A stretch of DNA of 64,000 nucleotides, from positions 1 to 64,000 of the forward strand of contig JAXLNO010000659.1 of the NCBI GenBank assembly GCA_038087875.1. Reading direction: 5' to 3'. Each line of letters begins with the position of its first letter. Position 1 is the stretch's first letter. The translations under genes were made by a program, and so were the position numbers. Shown here piece after piece: positions 38,606-51,624 of the stretch. A model generated the notes under the pieces. It was not told the origin of the DNA, did no database searches, and saw only the letters and a list, made by a program, of their open reading frames with translations. The DNA comes from Malacoraja senta. Lineage: Eukaryota.

Positions 38606-41600
38606 CATTAGACATGAGACTCAAAAAGTGCAACAAAGTTCGATTTCTTTCCAGGCATCGATGTGATGGTCATTTTAAAGATTATAGAAGAATAGGAGAC
38701 ATTATGACCCATCTCAGACTGTATTCACTGACCACCCATTGCTCCAGTTAAACGCCAATATTCACACTTGTTCTTATCTGACCATAGTTCAATAAGTGAA
38801 TAACTCTAAGGGGAAGTTTGATACAAAGCTGAGAATGCTCTGAGAAAATGTAACAGCACAGACGCTAATCAGGAACCAGTGTTTACATGCCCGTGGTGTC
38901 ATCACATGAAAAATCTGCATTTTGTGCACATGTAAGTTTCACAATAGCATGTGTGTATAACTGACCTTTGTCATAGTAAATGTCCACAGTACTTTGTACA
39001 CTTCCATTATTGACCAGCATTAATCGCCTGAACCAATGTCACCAGCCAGTATCGACATACTGTATGTAGCACGGACTGGCTTGATTTATCTTTTAATTCT
39101 GTTCTATATCTGTTAACATTGATGACTGGATTTCTTTTAATGAGTACAGACAAGTTTTATTTTAAGTTTTTTTTAATTTCAGTATTCTGATTTGTTTTGC
39201 AAGTCTGACAGAAGCCATTTACCCTGCATGATTTATGATCTTCTCCATGTATACCTAGAGTCAACCAAGTCTGTGAAATCTGCGAGACTGTAATATTCAT
39301 TCAGGGTGCATACCTGGAAACAACTTGCTTTTTTGTAGAATTTGCGTTCTGAGACCCGGGTGATCTTGTGTGCAACGGTTCGGGAGGGAAGGGAATAATA
39401 AAAGGTGAGTGAATAAGATCCTTGTGTATTTTAGATGGCATGCCAGGTGGCCCAGGGTGGAGGATTCTAAATCTAGAGGGCATAGGCTCAAAGTGAGAGA
39501 GGAGAGATTTGAGAGGGACCTCGGGAGCAACTTTCTCACTTAGAAGGTGGCCCGTATCTGGATTGAGCTGCCAGAGGAAGCTATAGAAACGGATAAAATT
39601 ACAAATTGTAAAATACATTTGGACAGATATATGGATAGGAAGAATTTGGAGGGCTGTGGGACAAATGGGACCAGCCCTGTATGCCAACTTGGTCGGCATG
39701 GATAAGGACCGTTTTATGTGCTGCACAGCTCCATGCAATCATTCTGCATATAGAAATATACCATTTTACTAGCAGCTGCAAAAGTTTAATTTTGTGTTGC
39801 AAAAGAAATGACAATTTGATTAAAATTGATTAATTACAATAATTCATGTAATTATAAACCCTTATCTTGTAATTTTCTCTCTCATCTTTTTTTTTCTTTC
39901 CGTTCTTTTTTCTACTCACTCTCTCTCTTTCATGATTGTTGATCTGAAGAGATCATCACGTGCCTCATGAAAGCTTCCTATCACTATGCCTCCCCATCTG
40001 CGGTTGATTCCTTTTTAATGAATGTGTTTGTCTTTGGATTTGACCGATGGGACGGATCACAGTTTGGTATCAATTCCTTGATGTTCATGTGCTCTATGTT
40101 CCAATAGACTGCTGCTGTGCCCTACATTTCTACTTTGCACCCCAGCTTTTCTGATCTAGTATTTTTCTGTAAGTTTGGCATGAAAGGGAACCATGCCTGA
40201 TGTTTTAAGTGGATTTCTGGTAAGGGATACTTAAGTTTCAAATACACCAGTGACTCTTATAAAACTCTTGCTCTTCTCGCCCGTTGGATAATTCTGGGAT
40301 GGTGAAGTACTTGGCTGTAACAGTTAGGTTGGAGATGTTGATTGCTTGCTTTGATTTGCCTGAGCTGGAGGTTTCTGGTTATAATCTGTGGTGTATCAAC
40401 CAGGTGAGTGGTAGTAGACCGAGGACAGAAAGGTCTGTGTGGGAATGGTTCAAAGGTCTGTTTATTGTCAGGTGTACCAATTAAGGTACAGTGAAACTCA
40501 AATGGGAAGGAGAATTAAAGTGTTTAGCAACCGGGAGATTTAGGTAGGTTCAGGCGGACTGAGCAAAAGTGTTCAGCAAAACGATGCCCCAGTCTACGTT
40601 TGGTCTCGCCGATGTATAAGAGGAATGGGTTTTGGTTATGGCAATTCGTGGTGGTGGTTGGCGGGCGACGTGCAGCACAGCAGAAAGTCAGCGGCAGGGA
40701 GAGAGGAGGCAGTAAGACGCTCTTGTAGAGCTTTGTATTTGGTATGGGTTGGCAATGGCTCCCACAAAGCAGTTGTAGGATGCAGATGCAGGGCACAACA
40801 CTGACTCACTGGGAACTTACTTCCTTCACATTGTTTGAGCTCGATGCTCCAGGCTGCCTTTGGCAATCAAGTCTTGCTCTATGCTCTGGGTTCTTTCTCT
40901 AAAAAATATTTGTTCCTCCCCTATTTAAGATACTCTCAACTTTTTTTTCTCCTTGTCCTTCCTTCCCCTTCTCTGGCTGATGCTTAAGCCCAACTCGTCC
41001 ATGGCAAACAAGTTGCCTTCTTGCGCTAATCCCATTTGCCTGTGTTTGGTCCATATCCCTCCAAACCCTTCCTATATCTGTGGCTATCTAAATCTCTTTT
41101 AAACATTCTGGCAGCTCATTGCACATACCCACCACCCTGCATATGGAATGAGTAACCCCACAGATCCCCTTTCATTCTTTACCCTCTTACCTTAAATCTA
41201 TGACCTCTAGTTTTACACTCCCCTACTCTAGGAAAAAGACTATGACCATTAACCTTATTTTGTGCCCCTCATTATTTTATAAGCCACCATAAACTCACCT
41301 CTTGTTCTCCTACACTCAAAGGGGAAAAAGCTGTAACCCATCCAATCTCTCCTTGTGTCTTTTAGGCTCTGTTCAATGTTTTCTGTGTTAACTTCTTAGT
41401 TTCTGAGTAATTTGTTAGTCTCCAGATTTGCACTAGCATTTTTATATTAGAGGTATCTGTATACTGCAAGCTTAGGTCATGTTGGAAAGTGTTTATCAAT
41501 GGGTGAATACTTATTACATCACCATTCTATAATTTTTCAACTCTATTTTGTTTCATGATAGATTTTTTTTTTTATAGAAATTGCTGGCTGATGTAGATGA

Positions 41601-41851
41601 CTAGGTAGATCAGAATACTTATCTGCTTGTGGCTGTTCAATCAAATAAAAACAAAACTCAAATAATTTTCTTTCACCAAAAAAAACAAAAGATTTACAAC
41701 CAGTTGTAAAATTATTATTGTATTCAAGGGAAAGAAACGTAATGTGTAATAAGGTGTGTTTAGAGAGGGAAAGTTCTTGATTCCACGTTTAAGTTTTGCC
41801 TTGAGAGTAAATTGTCTTGGAATTGTCTCTGCAAAGGCAATTTTCAATAGT

Positions 41852-42550
41852 CAAGAGTGTTTTATTGTCATATGTCCCGGATGGGACAATGAAATTCTTA
41901 CTTGCTGCAGCACAACAGAATATGTGAATATGTAAACATAGTACATAACGGGGGAAGAGAAAAAAAAGAAAAAGTTCAATAAATAACAAATGTAGTGCAA
42001 TAATAACATAGTCTTTTGCAGTTCAGAGCTTATTCGTTGTTGTGTTTAATAGCCTGATGGCTGTAGGGAAGAAGCTGTTCCTGAACCTGGACGTTACAGT
42101 TTTCAGGCTCCTGTACCTGGCAATGGTGAGATGAGTGTGTGGCCAGAATGTTGTGGGTCCTTGATGATTTTGGCTGCCTTTTTGAGGCAGCGACTACGAT
42201 AGATCCCTTCGACGGTGGGGAGGTCAAAGCCGGTGATGGACTGGCCAGTGGTCACAACTTTTTGTAGTCATTTTTGCTCCTGGACGTTCAAGTTGCCGAA
42301 CCAGGCCACGATGCAACCAGTCAAAATGCTCTCTACTGTGCACCTGTAGAAGTTTAGGAGAATTCTCTTTGACATGCCGAATCTCCGTAATCTTCCCAGG
42401 AAGTTGATTCGCTGATGTGTCTTCTTTATAATTGCAACAGTGTTCTGGGTCCAGGAAAGATCTTTGGAAATATGCACACCCAGAAATTTGAAGATATTGA
42501 CCCTCTCCACCATCGTCCCATTGATATGAACAGGATTGTGGGTCCATATC
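41852..42550 (-). mobile_element. Rex1/Babar-type LINE 3' part
   Basis: ORF 42268-42564: VERVNIFKFLGVHISKDLSW...NFYRCTVESILTGCIVAWFGN. Confidence 0.88.
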
Positions 42551-43619
42551 ATACAAGTCTCCAATTTTAGATCACTTTATTTTAAAATAAATATTGAAAG
42601 CATGAGACTATTAACAAACTACAATGTTCCTGTGATGATTTTTAGACGTATGGGTCATGTGAATGGGTTCAGTAATTAAGAATTCTGTTGGCAAGCATTG
42701 TGAATCTGTGGAATTCTCTGCCACAGAAGGCCAATTCACTGGATGTTTTCAAGAGAGAGTTAGATTTAACTCTTAGGGCCAAGGAATCAAGGGATAAGGG
42801 GAAAAACCAGGAACGAGGTACTGATTTTAGATGATCAGCCATGATCATATTGAAGGGCCGAATGGCTACTCTTGCACCTATTTTTCAATGTTTCTAGGTA
42901 GGGAAAAGGACAAATCAATCGATAGCTTCCTGTGGCAGTCATTAATGAAATATTTAGCATATCCTGGCTGTATTTTGCACACTTAAACCCCTGTCTCACT
43001 GTGCGAGCTGACCCACGAGGTACCCCGAGCTTAAAACAAATTTATCTCGTGGTAATCACGTACGATTAACGTAGCGGGAACGTCGGAACTCGTGGACGCA
43101 ACTTAGCGACTCTTGGCGCTAACGGCAGGTACCCGTGACACTTGTTAACTCTTGGAAAAATTCAAACATGTTTAAACTTTTCCACGAGTAAAATGTACTC
43201 TTGAGGTTAAAATTTGAAACATTTAAACACATTGTAAGAAAGCAGTGGCCCGTGCGTTTACCTTAGTGACTCGTGAGTCTACCGTGGGAACTCTTTAACT
43301 CAGCGGGCAGGCAGCATCTCTGGAAAGAAGGAATGGGTGATGGGATGACATTTCCACCTCTCTCTTTCTCCCCCACACACAATAAGACCATGTATTCTGC
43401 TTAGTCTCTCTTCCCTCCCACACACACACACAGATAGACCGAGGTCCTGTGCGCTCTTTCTCTCTCCCCCACAGTCACGCCGAAGTACACCACACTGCCT
43501 CTGTGCCTCTCTCTCTGTCTCTCTCTCCCCCTCTCTCCTTCATACACAGTCAGAGGTCCACACTGTCTCTGTGTCTCTCTCTCCCCTACACACACACACA
43601 GACTGAGGTACACACAGAC

Positions 43620-46600
43620 TAGTAAGATTAAACGAGAACTTACCTAAGTTTGAAGTTTGATCTTTATTTTATGAGGAGTTACGTAGGTGATTACGTGAAG
43701 AACCCCGCCAGTGCGCCTGCGCGTCAATCTTCAAAGCAGCGGTGTGAAATCACAAAAAACAACAACCGAAATAATATAGTTTCATAATAAAACGAGTAAT
43801 ACAAGAACTTCCATCTGACCTTTATGATAGAGGGTAGGGTCGTGGTGGGCACGTAATCACCTACGTAACTCCTCATAAAATAAAGATCAAACTTCAAACT
43901 TAGGTAAGTTCTCGTTTAATCTTACTATTTTACTTCGGAGTCACGTGAGTGACTACGTGAAGATTTTAAAGCTTTGTGATTTCATGCCGTGGATCAATCC
44001 CGGCTTCTCACTGCATAGATTGACTCGGAACGAGAATAATCAATCATGCATTCATAATAACATTTGTACCACAAATGCAGTAATTCATTTCAATAATGAA
44101 ATGAATCAGATCCCCTTTAAACCAGAGGAATTCACACAGAACTTAAAATAGTTTCTGCAAACAACCCCGCATTAACAATATGCCGATGGTAAAAATATTG
44201 AAACATCAACTCATTGGACCACCCGGCGGCTGCGAGGATATGATCGACGGGGACGTCTTTTGCCCTGGCCGCCGACGTTTCTGCTGCCCTAGTCGAGTGA
44301 GACGTAAAAACATAAGTGTTAATACCAGCAGCTGTTAAGACTTCTTTTATCCATCTGGAAATAGTCTGTATTGAAACTCTCTTGTGTGGTTTCTTGTTTG
44401 TGATCAACAACCCAGTTTCCGTATTCTCAAATTCTTTGTGACCTCAATGTATTGTAATAAATATGTCTTAATACAGAGACATGGATCATTTGGATATGCT
44501 GCTAGCATAATTTAAAATCCTGTCACACCTGGCCTAATTTACTTTAGTAGGTCATAGATATAGAATGTAACCTTGTCTTCAGTTACTTCCATACTATCTA
44601 TTTGTAATTTTCCAAGTGTTTGCACTCGTTGTGCTGTCACTCATGCCATAAGCATGAATACCTTCATACTGAGCTTGACCAAAGGTAAAGACACACTTGA
44701 TGACCATTCACGAAGTAGTTTCAGTACCACACTTACATCCCAGATTATCACGTACCTAGGTTTCGGTGGTTTGGAATTAAAGATTCCTTTCATTAGTCTG
44801 GAAACAATTGGGTGTGACCCAATTGAGTTTCTTTCTGAATCCAGAACCAAATATGAGGACAATGCACTTCTGGCTGAATTAATTGCACTACAACTCAGAC
44901 CTTCATCATAATAAAGTTTTGACAGAAATTCTAAACATTTGAAATATCTGCAGTACTTTATTGCACATTCTTTTGTACACAGAACTCTTCCCATTTCTTA
45001 ATATAAGAAAGGTACTGTTTTTGAGTGCTCTTCCTCCCGGCTGCCGTAAGCATGTCCACAGTATGCTCAGACAGTCCTCGTCCCAGAAAAGGCATTCTTA
45101 AAACCTGCAAATCAACAAATCCAAACGATGATATAATGGATGTTGTTACCCTGTTACAGGGTGCAGCAATAAATTACTCCTTTTTGGGACTTTCATCAAC
45201 ATTTGTGTTGTTAATTCTAATATCAACAGATACCATGGCTGTATAGGCCAATCTGGTACTACCAATACCCTTGAAGCAGCATCTTGCCTGATTTTAAGCA
45301 AACATTGGCTTATGAGGCAGAAAGGTGGAAATATATATGAAAACATACCACCCCAATGTAGCGAGAAAGCATCAATCGCCACTGCTCCTGGATCTGGTTT
45401 CCATGAGACCTATCTCGATAGCTGATGATTCAAGTCGATGTCGGTCATTCCAAATCTGATTACTATATCATTTAATACCTCTTGATTCAACATACATTCT
45501 TTATTATCATGGAACTTTTCGTGACCTGGTGTCTGCTACCGTGTTCATTCTACCTGGTAGATAGATAGCTGAAATCCAAATGTTCTTTTCAATACACCAA
45601 GACCCAAGTTGATTTAACCATTTTGTCACATGACACCGACTTAATTCCACCCATATCATTAATATAGGCAACTACCGTTGTGTTTATTAATTTGAACTTG
45701 AACCTTCCTTTTAGTTGTGTTAGAACCATAAGCTTGGAGTCCATAGAAACCTCCTAAAAGCTCCAAATAGGGAATTCCCCATGTCTGCAGTAACACTAAC
45801 TTTTCCTGATTCCATCTGCCTCCGCAGCTCCATGTTAAGTCAGTTGCACCTCATCCTAGTGCACTGGCATCAGTTTGCAATATCATGGAAGGTTGTTCAA
45901 TCAGCACTTTGCCTGAACTGCTTGAGACATGTAGAATCCACCACTGCAGCTTAGAAACAGCATTTGTTGTTACTTGCATGGTTCTATCAAAATGACCAGC
46001 ATTTACTCTCAGTGCCTGTTCTTTAATTCTCTGCAGCTGTTGATAATGTAATGGTCCATACTGGACTGCTGGGAATCTACTAATTTTCCCAGTACTCGAG
46101 CCACCTGTCTGATTAGAGGTTTTTTGCTCGTTTAACAGATTACTGCAATCTTTAATCAACTCCACCCTTTTTTCACTGGGCAAAGTAATTTGCATTTGGG
46201 CTAAATCAATTGTGAACCCCAAATAATTAATCGAGGTACATGTTTTTAACCTTGATTTCTTTGGATGAATTTAGAAACCCCCAAACTTTCAAAAGTTTGA
46301 TTTTATTACTGCAACAGATGCTTCTGTTGACTGTTTTGTCCTTCCTATAATCAGGACATCATCCAGGTATGCCATTAGTACATGCCCCTGGCTCTCAGCA
46401 ACCCCAGAATTGATTTTTATGAATATTCTGGGAGGGAACGTTAACCCTTTAGGCAGAGCTTTGAACTGCCCTAATTGGTTCATCCATGTAAATTTAAAAT
46501 ACTTCATATCTTGCAAGTGAACAGACACTGAACAAAAGGATTCAGACTTGTCAAGTCTATAATAATCCTACATCCTCCATCCTTTTTTGATCGAGGGAAT

Positions 46601-48390
46601 ATATTTGACCCAAATTGGTGAATTTTGCAGACTGATTCTTTAATAACACCTTTTATATATAGGGTTTTGAAGCGCAACTTGAACCTCCATTACTTCGCAA
46701 AGTGGAGAGTTCTGCTAGGAACATGCTGGACAGGCAAATCATAATTTGGATTGAATTCAATTCGAAATCCTTGTATATTATTCAGAATTACCACATCTGA
46801 AGTAATCTTCTTCCAATGTTTATAGAAGAGACGTAATCTGCCTCCAACTTTTGGACTTAATCCAGTTAGTATGTTCCCCTGAGAACCAGGTCCACCTACC
46901 TCTTGAGTCATTTGAGTATTCTGAGATCCCTGGATTCTCTCGGAAGCACCACCACTGGTCCTTACTCCCGCTGCAGGCCGCCAGCTACGTCCCTGCGTTG
47001 ATGAGCGACTTGGTCCTGGTCTAGGATCCGTATGACGTCTGAAAGGATACTTCCTCTTTACAGAATTTGCAACCATTGATGTATTTATCAATCCTGTTTT
47101 CGCTTCATCTTCCAACTCTTTAATACGTCTCCCGAGATCCTCTCCAAAGAGTAAGTTGGGTAATTGTATATTACTTGGTTTGCAGAGTGCTGCGAATTTC
47201 GGATTCATAGTAGGCCGTATAGCACTTTCCTCAGATAATTGATCTCGAAGTGGGTGCTGCATAGCAACCCCAGTGCTTGCTGATGCAACTTCATCATCTT
47301 TTGGTTGTTGCCTGCTATTCTGGTAAAAGCAGTTTTTCCAGAACCCAGCAGCTTTAATATTCTCTGCAACTGATTCCAGATAATTTGGTTCACTGCTGCT
47401 GCTTTTAGCAACCCACAGTTACTTGGGGTCTCCTGCCTTCTTGCCGTCTCATCCATCTCCTGCTGTTCCAGCTAATGGTAAACCAAGTAATTTATTAAGG
47501 AGGCCAGTTCTTCTCCTAATGGCTCTCCTGACCCTGACGGGGCAGCGAATCCTACTGCCAGGGGTGGAACATCTGGCAGCTGCCGTTCATCGTCTTGTAC
47601 AGCCTCACCGTCAGAGTCGGGGTCTGAAATCTCATGACCCGTAGCACGCTCCTCATTCCTGAGGGTGCATTCCATCAGCCCTGAACCAGGTGCTGTTAAG
47701 CTGCTCCTGCAGCTTGGATTACAGTACACTCCTTCCTGAGTGAACTTTGCTCCAACAGCCAATGAAAAAGGCTGTCTATTTGGGCAATACGCTCGAAAGC
47801 AGTATCTAGCCCTGTACGAGGAGCTGTTTGAGCTGTTTCCAGCAGCTTGGCTTTCAGTACACTCCTCCCTGAGTGAACTTGCTCCAACAGCCTGTGTAAA
47901 AGGCTTTCTATTTGGGCAATACGCTTGAAAGCAGTATCTAGCCCTGGAGCTACTTCCATTGCCTGGGACTCCCTCCGTGGGCCGTTGGGATTTAAACTTT
48001 GTCTTTTGCCCGACAGGCGCTGACTGTGTTTTCACCAGCCCCAGGTCCACAGTCGCTATGCTCACCGCTGGCGACTGTACCGGGGTTTAGAGGCGGTTGG
48101 TCTCTAACCGCGGACTCCCGACTTCCCCGACTTTCTGTCGGCTGTGTCGCTCGCCTCTTCCCCCTGTCCGTTTTTTCCATGGCGTCTGTGGAAAAAATCC
48201 CCATAGACCCACAGTAAACGGACCTGGAAAACCTGAAAAAACTTTTTACTTACCTTGTAGTTGAAAAACTACAAACCACTGTAGGAGCCCTGCTCCTCAC
48301 GTCCGTTTGCGTCAAGGCGTCTGACGTAATGACGCGCAGGCGCACTGGCGGGGTTCTTCACGTAGTCACTCACGTGACTCCGAAGTAAAA
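43620..48390 (-). mobile_element. Structurally complete DIRS1-type tyrosine-recombinase retrotransposon, ORFs decayed
   Basis: ITRs 43692-43726 and 48330-48364; ICR 43850-43963 complementary to both ends; 5' end TTTT. Remnants of gag, RT (YLDD), RNase H (TDASALG), methyltransferase-like (IDAFSLHW...FPPF...PDWPIQPWY) and YR (HSTRAA...AGWS...FY). Confidence 0.93.
47722..47946. repeat. ~134-bp-period tandem duplication in DIRS gag
   Basis: cagtacactcct...gcagtatctagccctg occurs at 47722-47814 and 47856-47946. Confidence 0.85.
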
Positions 48391-49248
48391 TGAGGTACAC
48401 ACTGCCCGTTGTGTGAGTGTGTCTGCCTCTGTCTCTCTCCCACACACACAGTTAAAGGTACTCCACGCTGCCTGTGTGTGTGTGTCTCTCTCTCTCTCTG
48501 TCCCACCCCCCTCACCCACACACAGTCAGTCAGTCAGAGGAACTCCACACTGTGTGTGTGTGTGCGCCTCTGTCTCTCCCTATCACAGTCAGAGTGAGGT
48601 ACTCCCCCCGCACTCTCTCTGCGGCCTCTCCCCGGGCAGGGTGCATCTGCCTCCCTCACGCCTGGGCACCAAAGCAGCTCAGGAGGCGAACCCTGAGCTC
48701 CGTCTCCCAACAATCTGATGTGCGCATCCGTGCACATTCAAAGATTTCATCTCCAGTCTCCCCGCAGTGTGTAGACCTGGCAGTAAATTCAATTAAAATA
48801 TAGCAAACCTCCGCCTGCTGGTCTTCTAACTACGTGATGTGTGTTTCAAACAAATCATCAGTATAACTGCCCTGGCACTGGACGGTGCGCATTTTCCCTT
48901 TGTAGGTCACATCAATAGATGCGGCCGCGGTGAATTCTATCTTTAACTCAAAGCCGCAGGATGGAGATGTTGCTTATTAAAACAGACCTTCATTGAAGGT
49001 TGGCTCAAGAGTAACTCGGGAAAGGAACTTGTTAACTCGGGAGACAAACTTGGAACATCGCAGAAATGACAGTTAACGGCAAACTTGAGTCATACCCGTG
49101 GGAATTCGGTTAAACTCTTGATCATACACTTGGAATCTCGTACGCAACCACGAGTCTTTCACTCTGGGTCACTCGTGGGTCAACTCGCACAGTGAGACAG
49201 GGCTTTAAGTTTCTTTGCAGACTCCGAGACAAGCTGTATGTGTTTGTA

Positions 49249-49812
49249 CAGTAAACCCTCGCAATTAACGGACCTCTATATAACGGATTTTGGTTATAGC
49301 TGACCAAGGCATCTGTTTGTGGTGGTAGTTGGTGGGCGGGCGGCGAGCAGCGTTGTGGAAAGACAATGACGGGGAGAGAGCAAGTAGTAATATGCTCCTG
49401 AAGAGCACTGCATTGGGCCGGGGTTTGCAGAGACTCCCACCAAGCCAAGTCCCGGGGTGTTGGATGGAGACACAGTGCGCGACACTGCACCTGCATCGCC
49501 CTAACACTGCGCGCCTCGGTTGCCAGGTAACGGGGTGAGGTTCCTGTTGCACTGCTCCCACTTCCACCAGGTTACCCAATGAGCTGGCATCACATGCCGT
49601 GCTTCACGTGGCGGTTGTGGGAGCGGAGAGAGCAAGCAGCATGAGTACTGGAGACGTCCCTGACACACTGTGTGTGAGGCCGGGGGCTCTGCAGCTCCCT
49701 GGCCTGTGAATCCCCACTGGTTTAAACCCCCTCAATGCCAAGTTTTTACCCGGCCTAATATTTACCCCCCCACACACACACGACTATAGCGGACAATCTG
49801 CAATAACGGATA
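49249..49812 (+). mobile_element. Tigger/pogo-type (TcMar) non-autonomous element, right end missing
   Basis: TA|CAGTAAACCCTCG start with repeated TAACGGA subterminal motifs; a related diverged body occurs at ~40625-40870. Confidence 0.55.
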
Positions 49813-49814
49813 CC

Positions 49815-49992
49815 TCTCTCTAACCCCTCCCCCTTCCCAGTCCTCCCACTAGTCCCACTATCTCCGCCTACGTTCTTCCTTTGTCCTACCCCCTCCCCTG
49901 ACATCAGTCTGAAGAAGGGTCTCGACCCGAAACGTCGCCTATTCCTTTTCTCCATAGATGCTGCCTCGCCCGCTGAGTTTCTCCAGCATTTT
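49815..49992 (+). mobile_element. Penelope 3' UTR fragment with intact hammerhead-like motif
   Basis: CTGAAGAAGGGTCTCGACCCGAAACGTC at 49909-49936 within the shared PLE terminus. Confidence 0.75.
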
Positions 49993-51624
49993 GAGATATA
50001 TTAACTGGGATCTTCATTAATCTGTAGCTAATTAACCTACCAGTGTATATTTAGCGATATCAGCTGACAGTATTTCCAACGTGAAGAAACTTTGGGTTAC
50101 AGACAGTTCTCGGAACACCTGCAACTCGGGAAGTATCCGTTCTTAAATAGAACAGTTGTGCTCAGAGCAAGATGTTTAGGGGACACTTTCTGTGGACTGG
50201 CATTTTCTGGTTGGGTCCCAAGAGTGCAGGACTGGATACTTTCATCCTGTACCACATAAACACTAATACTTGCAAACTGCAGGTTGATAAAATTGCATTT
50301 TTATTCATTTCAAGTCGTTGACTTGAGTCAAGTTTATTGTCCTATGCACAATCTTAGCAAACTCTTCACAATTGATATACCTTTCATTTTGAGCGGGTAC
50401 ATTTGGATATCTGGAAGTGTAAAGAAACATGCAAACTAACTTCCTTTCGCTCTTGCACTCTTCAAATTTTGCATTTTATTGTGCAAGGTTTGACAAGTGC
50501 AGCTGTAAGTTAAAATGAATACTTTCAGGACGTTCTATGCAGCTGAATAAATTGCTTAGCAATAATTAGTACATGTACAACAAAAAACATTTTAGATTAT
50601 TGATTGTGTATTTCCTTTGCATATTCAAAGAGTTGGATTTTAAGGAGCCCGGCTTTATATAAAGTGGTAATTTGCTGCTGTTTAATGTGCAAAGAGAGAA
50701 GTCTGCATATGTTGCAGGAATGCCATCTCTTGTTGCAAGTGTTTCTTGATAGGTTGAACATTGGCCTTTGTGCTAACAGCCACTAGCCCTGTCTAATTGC
50801 ATTGTGTAAGACTGATTTAGGAACAAAACCCATACTGTTAGCCTTTGCTGAATAAGGAATAATAGCTGTCTGTTTCTGTTTCCTTTTCATGCATTCTGCA
50901 GTGCCTGTTTAAATATATACTCGGTGCCCATTTCCCTATTAACTATTCCCTGTTTAAAATTCCTTATCCTGTGTGCATTTTGCACATTAAAATGACTAGC
51001 CAGTCTAGTAAGGACAGTAAAATTATTTGCTAAAATAATTGTTGTGAAATTTAGTTTTTAATAAAATGCTTTATTTTAAAAGCCGGGGGTGGGCTCCAAG
51101 AACAGTGATAATAGTATAGCAATTTAGTTTAGCTTAGAGATACTGCACGGAAACCTTTGATCCACCGGGTCCGCACCGATCAGCGATCCCCGCACATTAA
51201 CACTATCTACACACAATTTTTGTAACCAATTAACCTGCAGACCTGTACGTCTTTGGAGTGTGGAAGGAAGCAGAAGATCCCGGAGAAAGGAGAGGCGGGT
51301 GCTGAAGTGCCCGTACAAGCAGTTGCTCCCAGTTGGAGGTGGATGACTTGTCATTTCCCTTGGAATAGAGCACGACAGGGAGAGTGAGCCAAGAGCAGAC
51401 AGTGCAGAGTTACCCAAGGGGGGGAGATGCTGTAAAAGACCAAGAAACTCTTGTTGTGGAATAAGGAGTTAGACCAGGCTGATCAACAATGAAATCCTAT
51501 CCTACGTCAGCTAATAAATTAAACCAGAGCCTGAGGGAAGAACAGAAAGCCACAAAGTTCTCAACACCTGACGTCGCCTGACCTGTTGAGTGTTTCACAA
51601 TTTTTTTGTTTTTATTTTACATTT

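Larger units (their letters stand above)
42987..49204. mobile_element. Non-autonomous TIR DNA transposon (Harbinger- or Kolobok-like) hosting the DIRS insertion
   Basis: Left ccctgtctcactgtgcgagctgacccacgag (42989-43019) is the inverted repeat of ctcgtgggtcaactcgcacagtgagacaggg (49172-49202), with one mismatch; TTAA on both flanks (42983-42986, 49205-49208). Confidence 0.72.

Noticed and set aside
43902..43909. Recursive splice site (TAG|GTAAGT)
   Set aside because: The upstream sequence is A-rich with no polypyrimidine tract; kept only as a possible cryptic donor.
45146..45382. Adenine methyltransferase-like ORF as a host or bacterial gene
   Set aside because: It is the known MT-like domain following RNase H in DIRS1 pol and lies inside the element.
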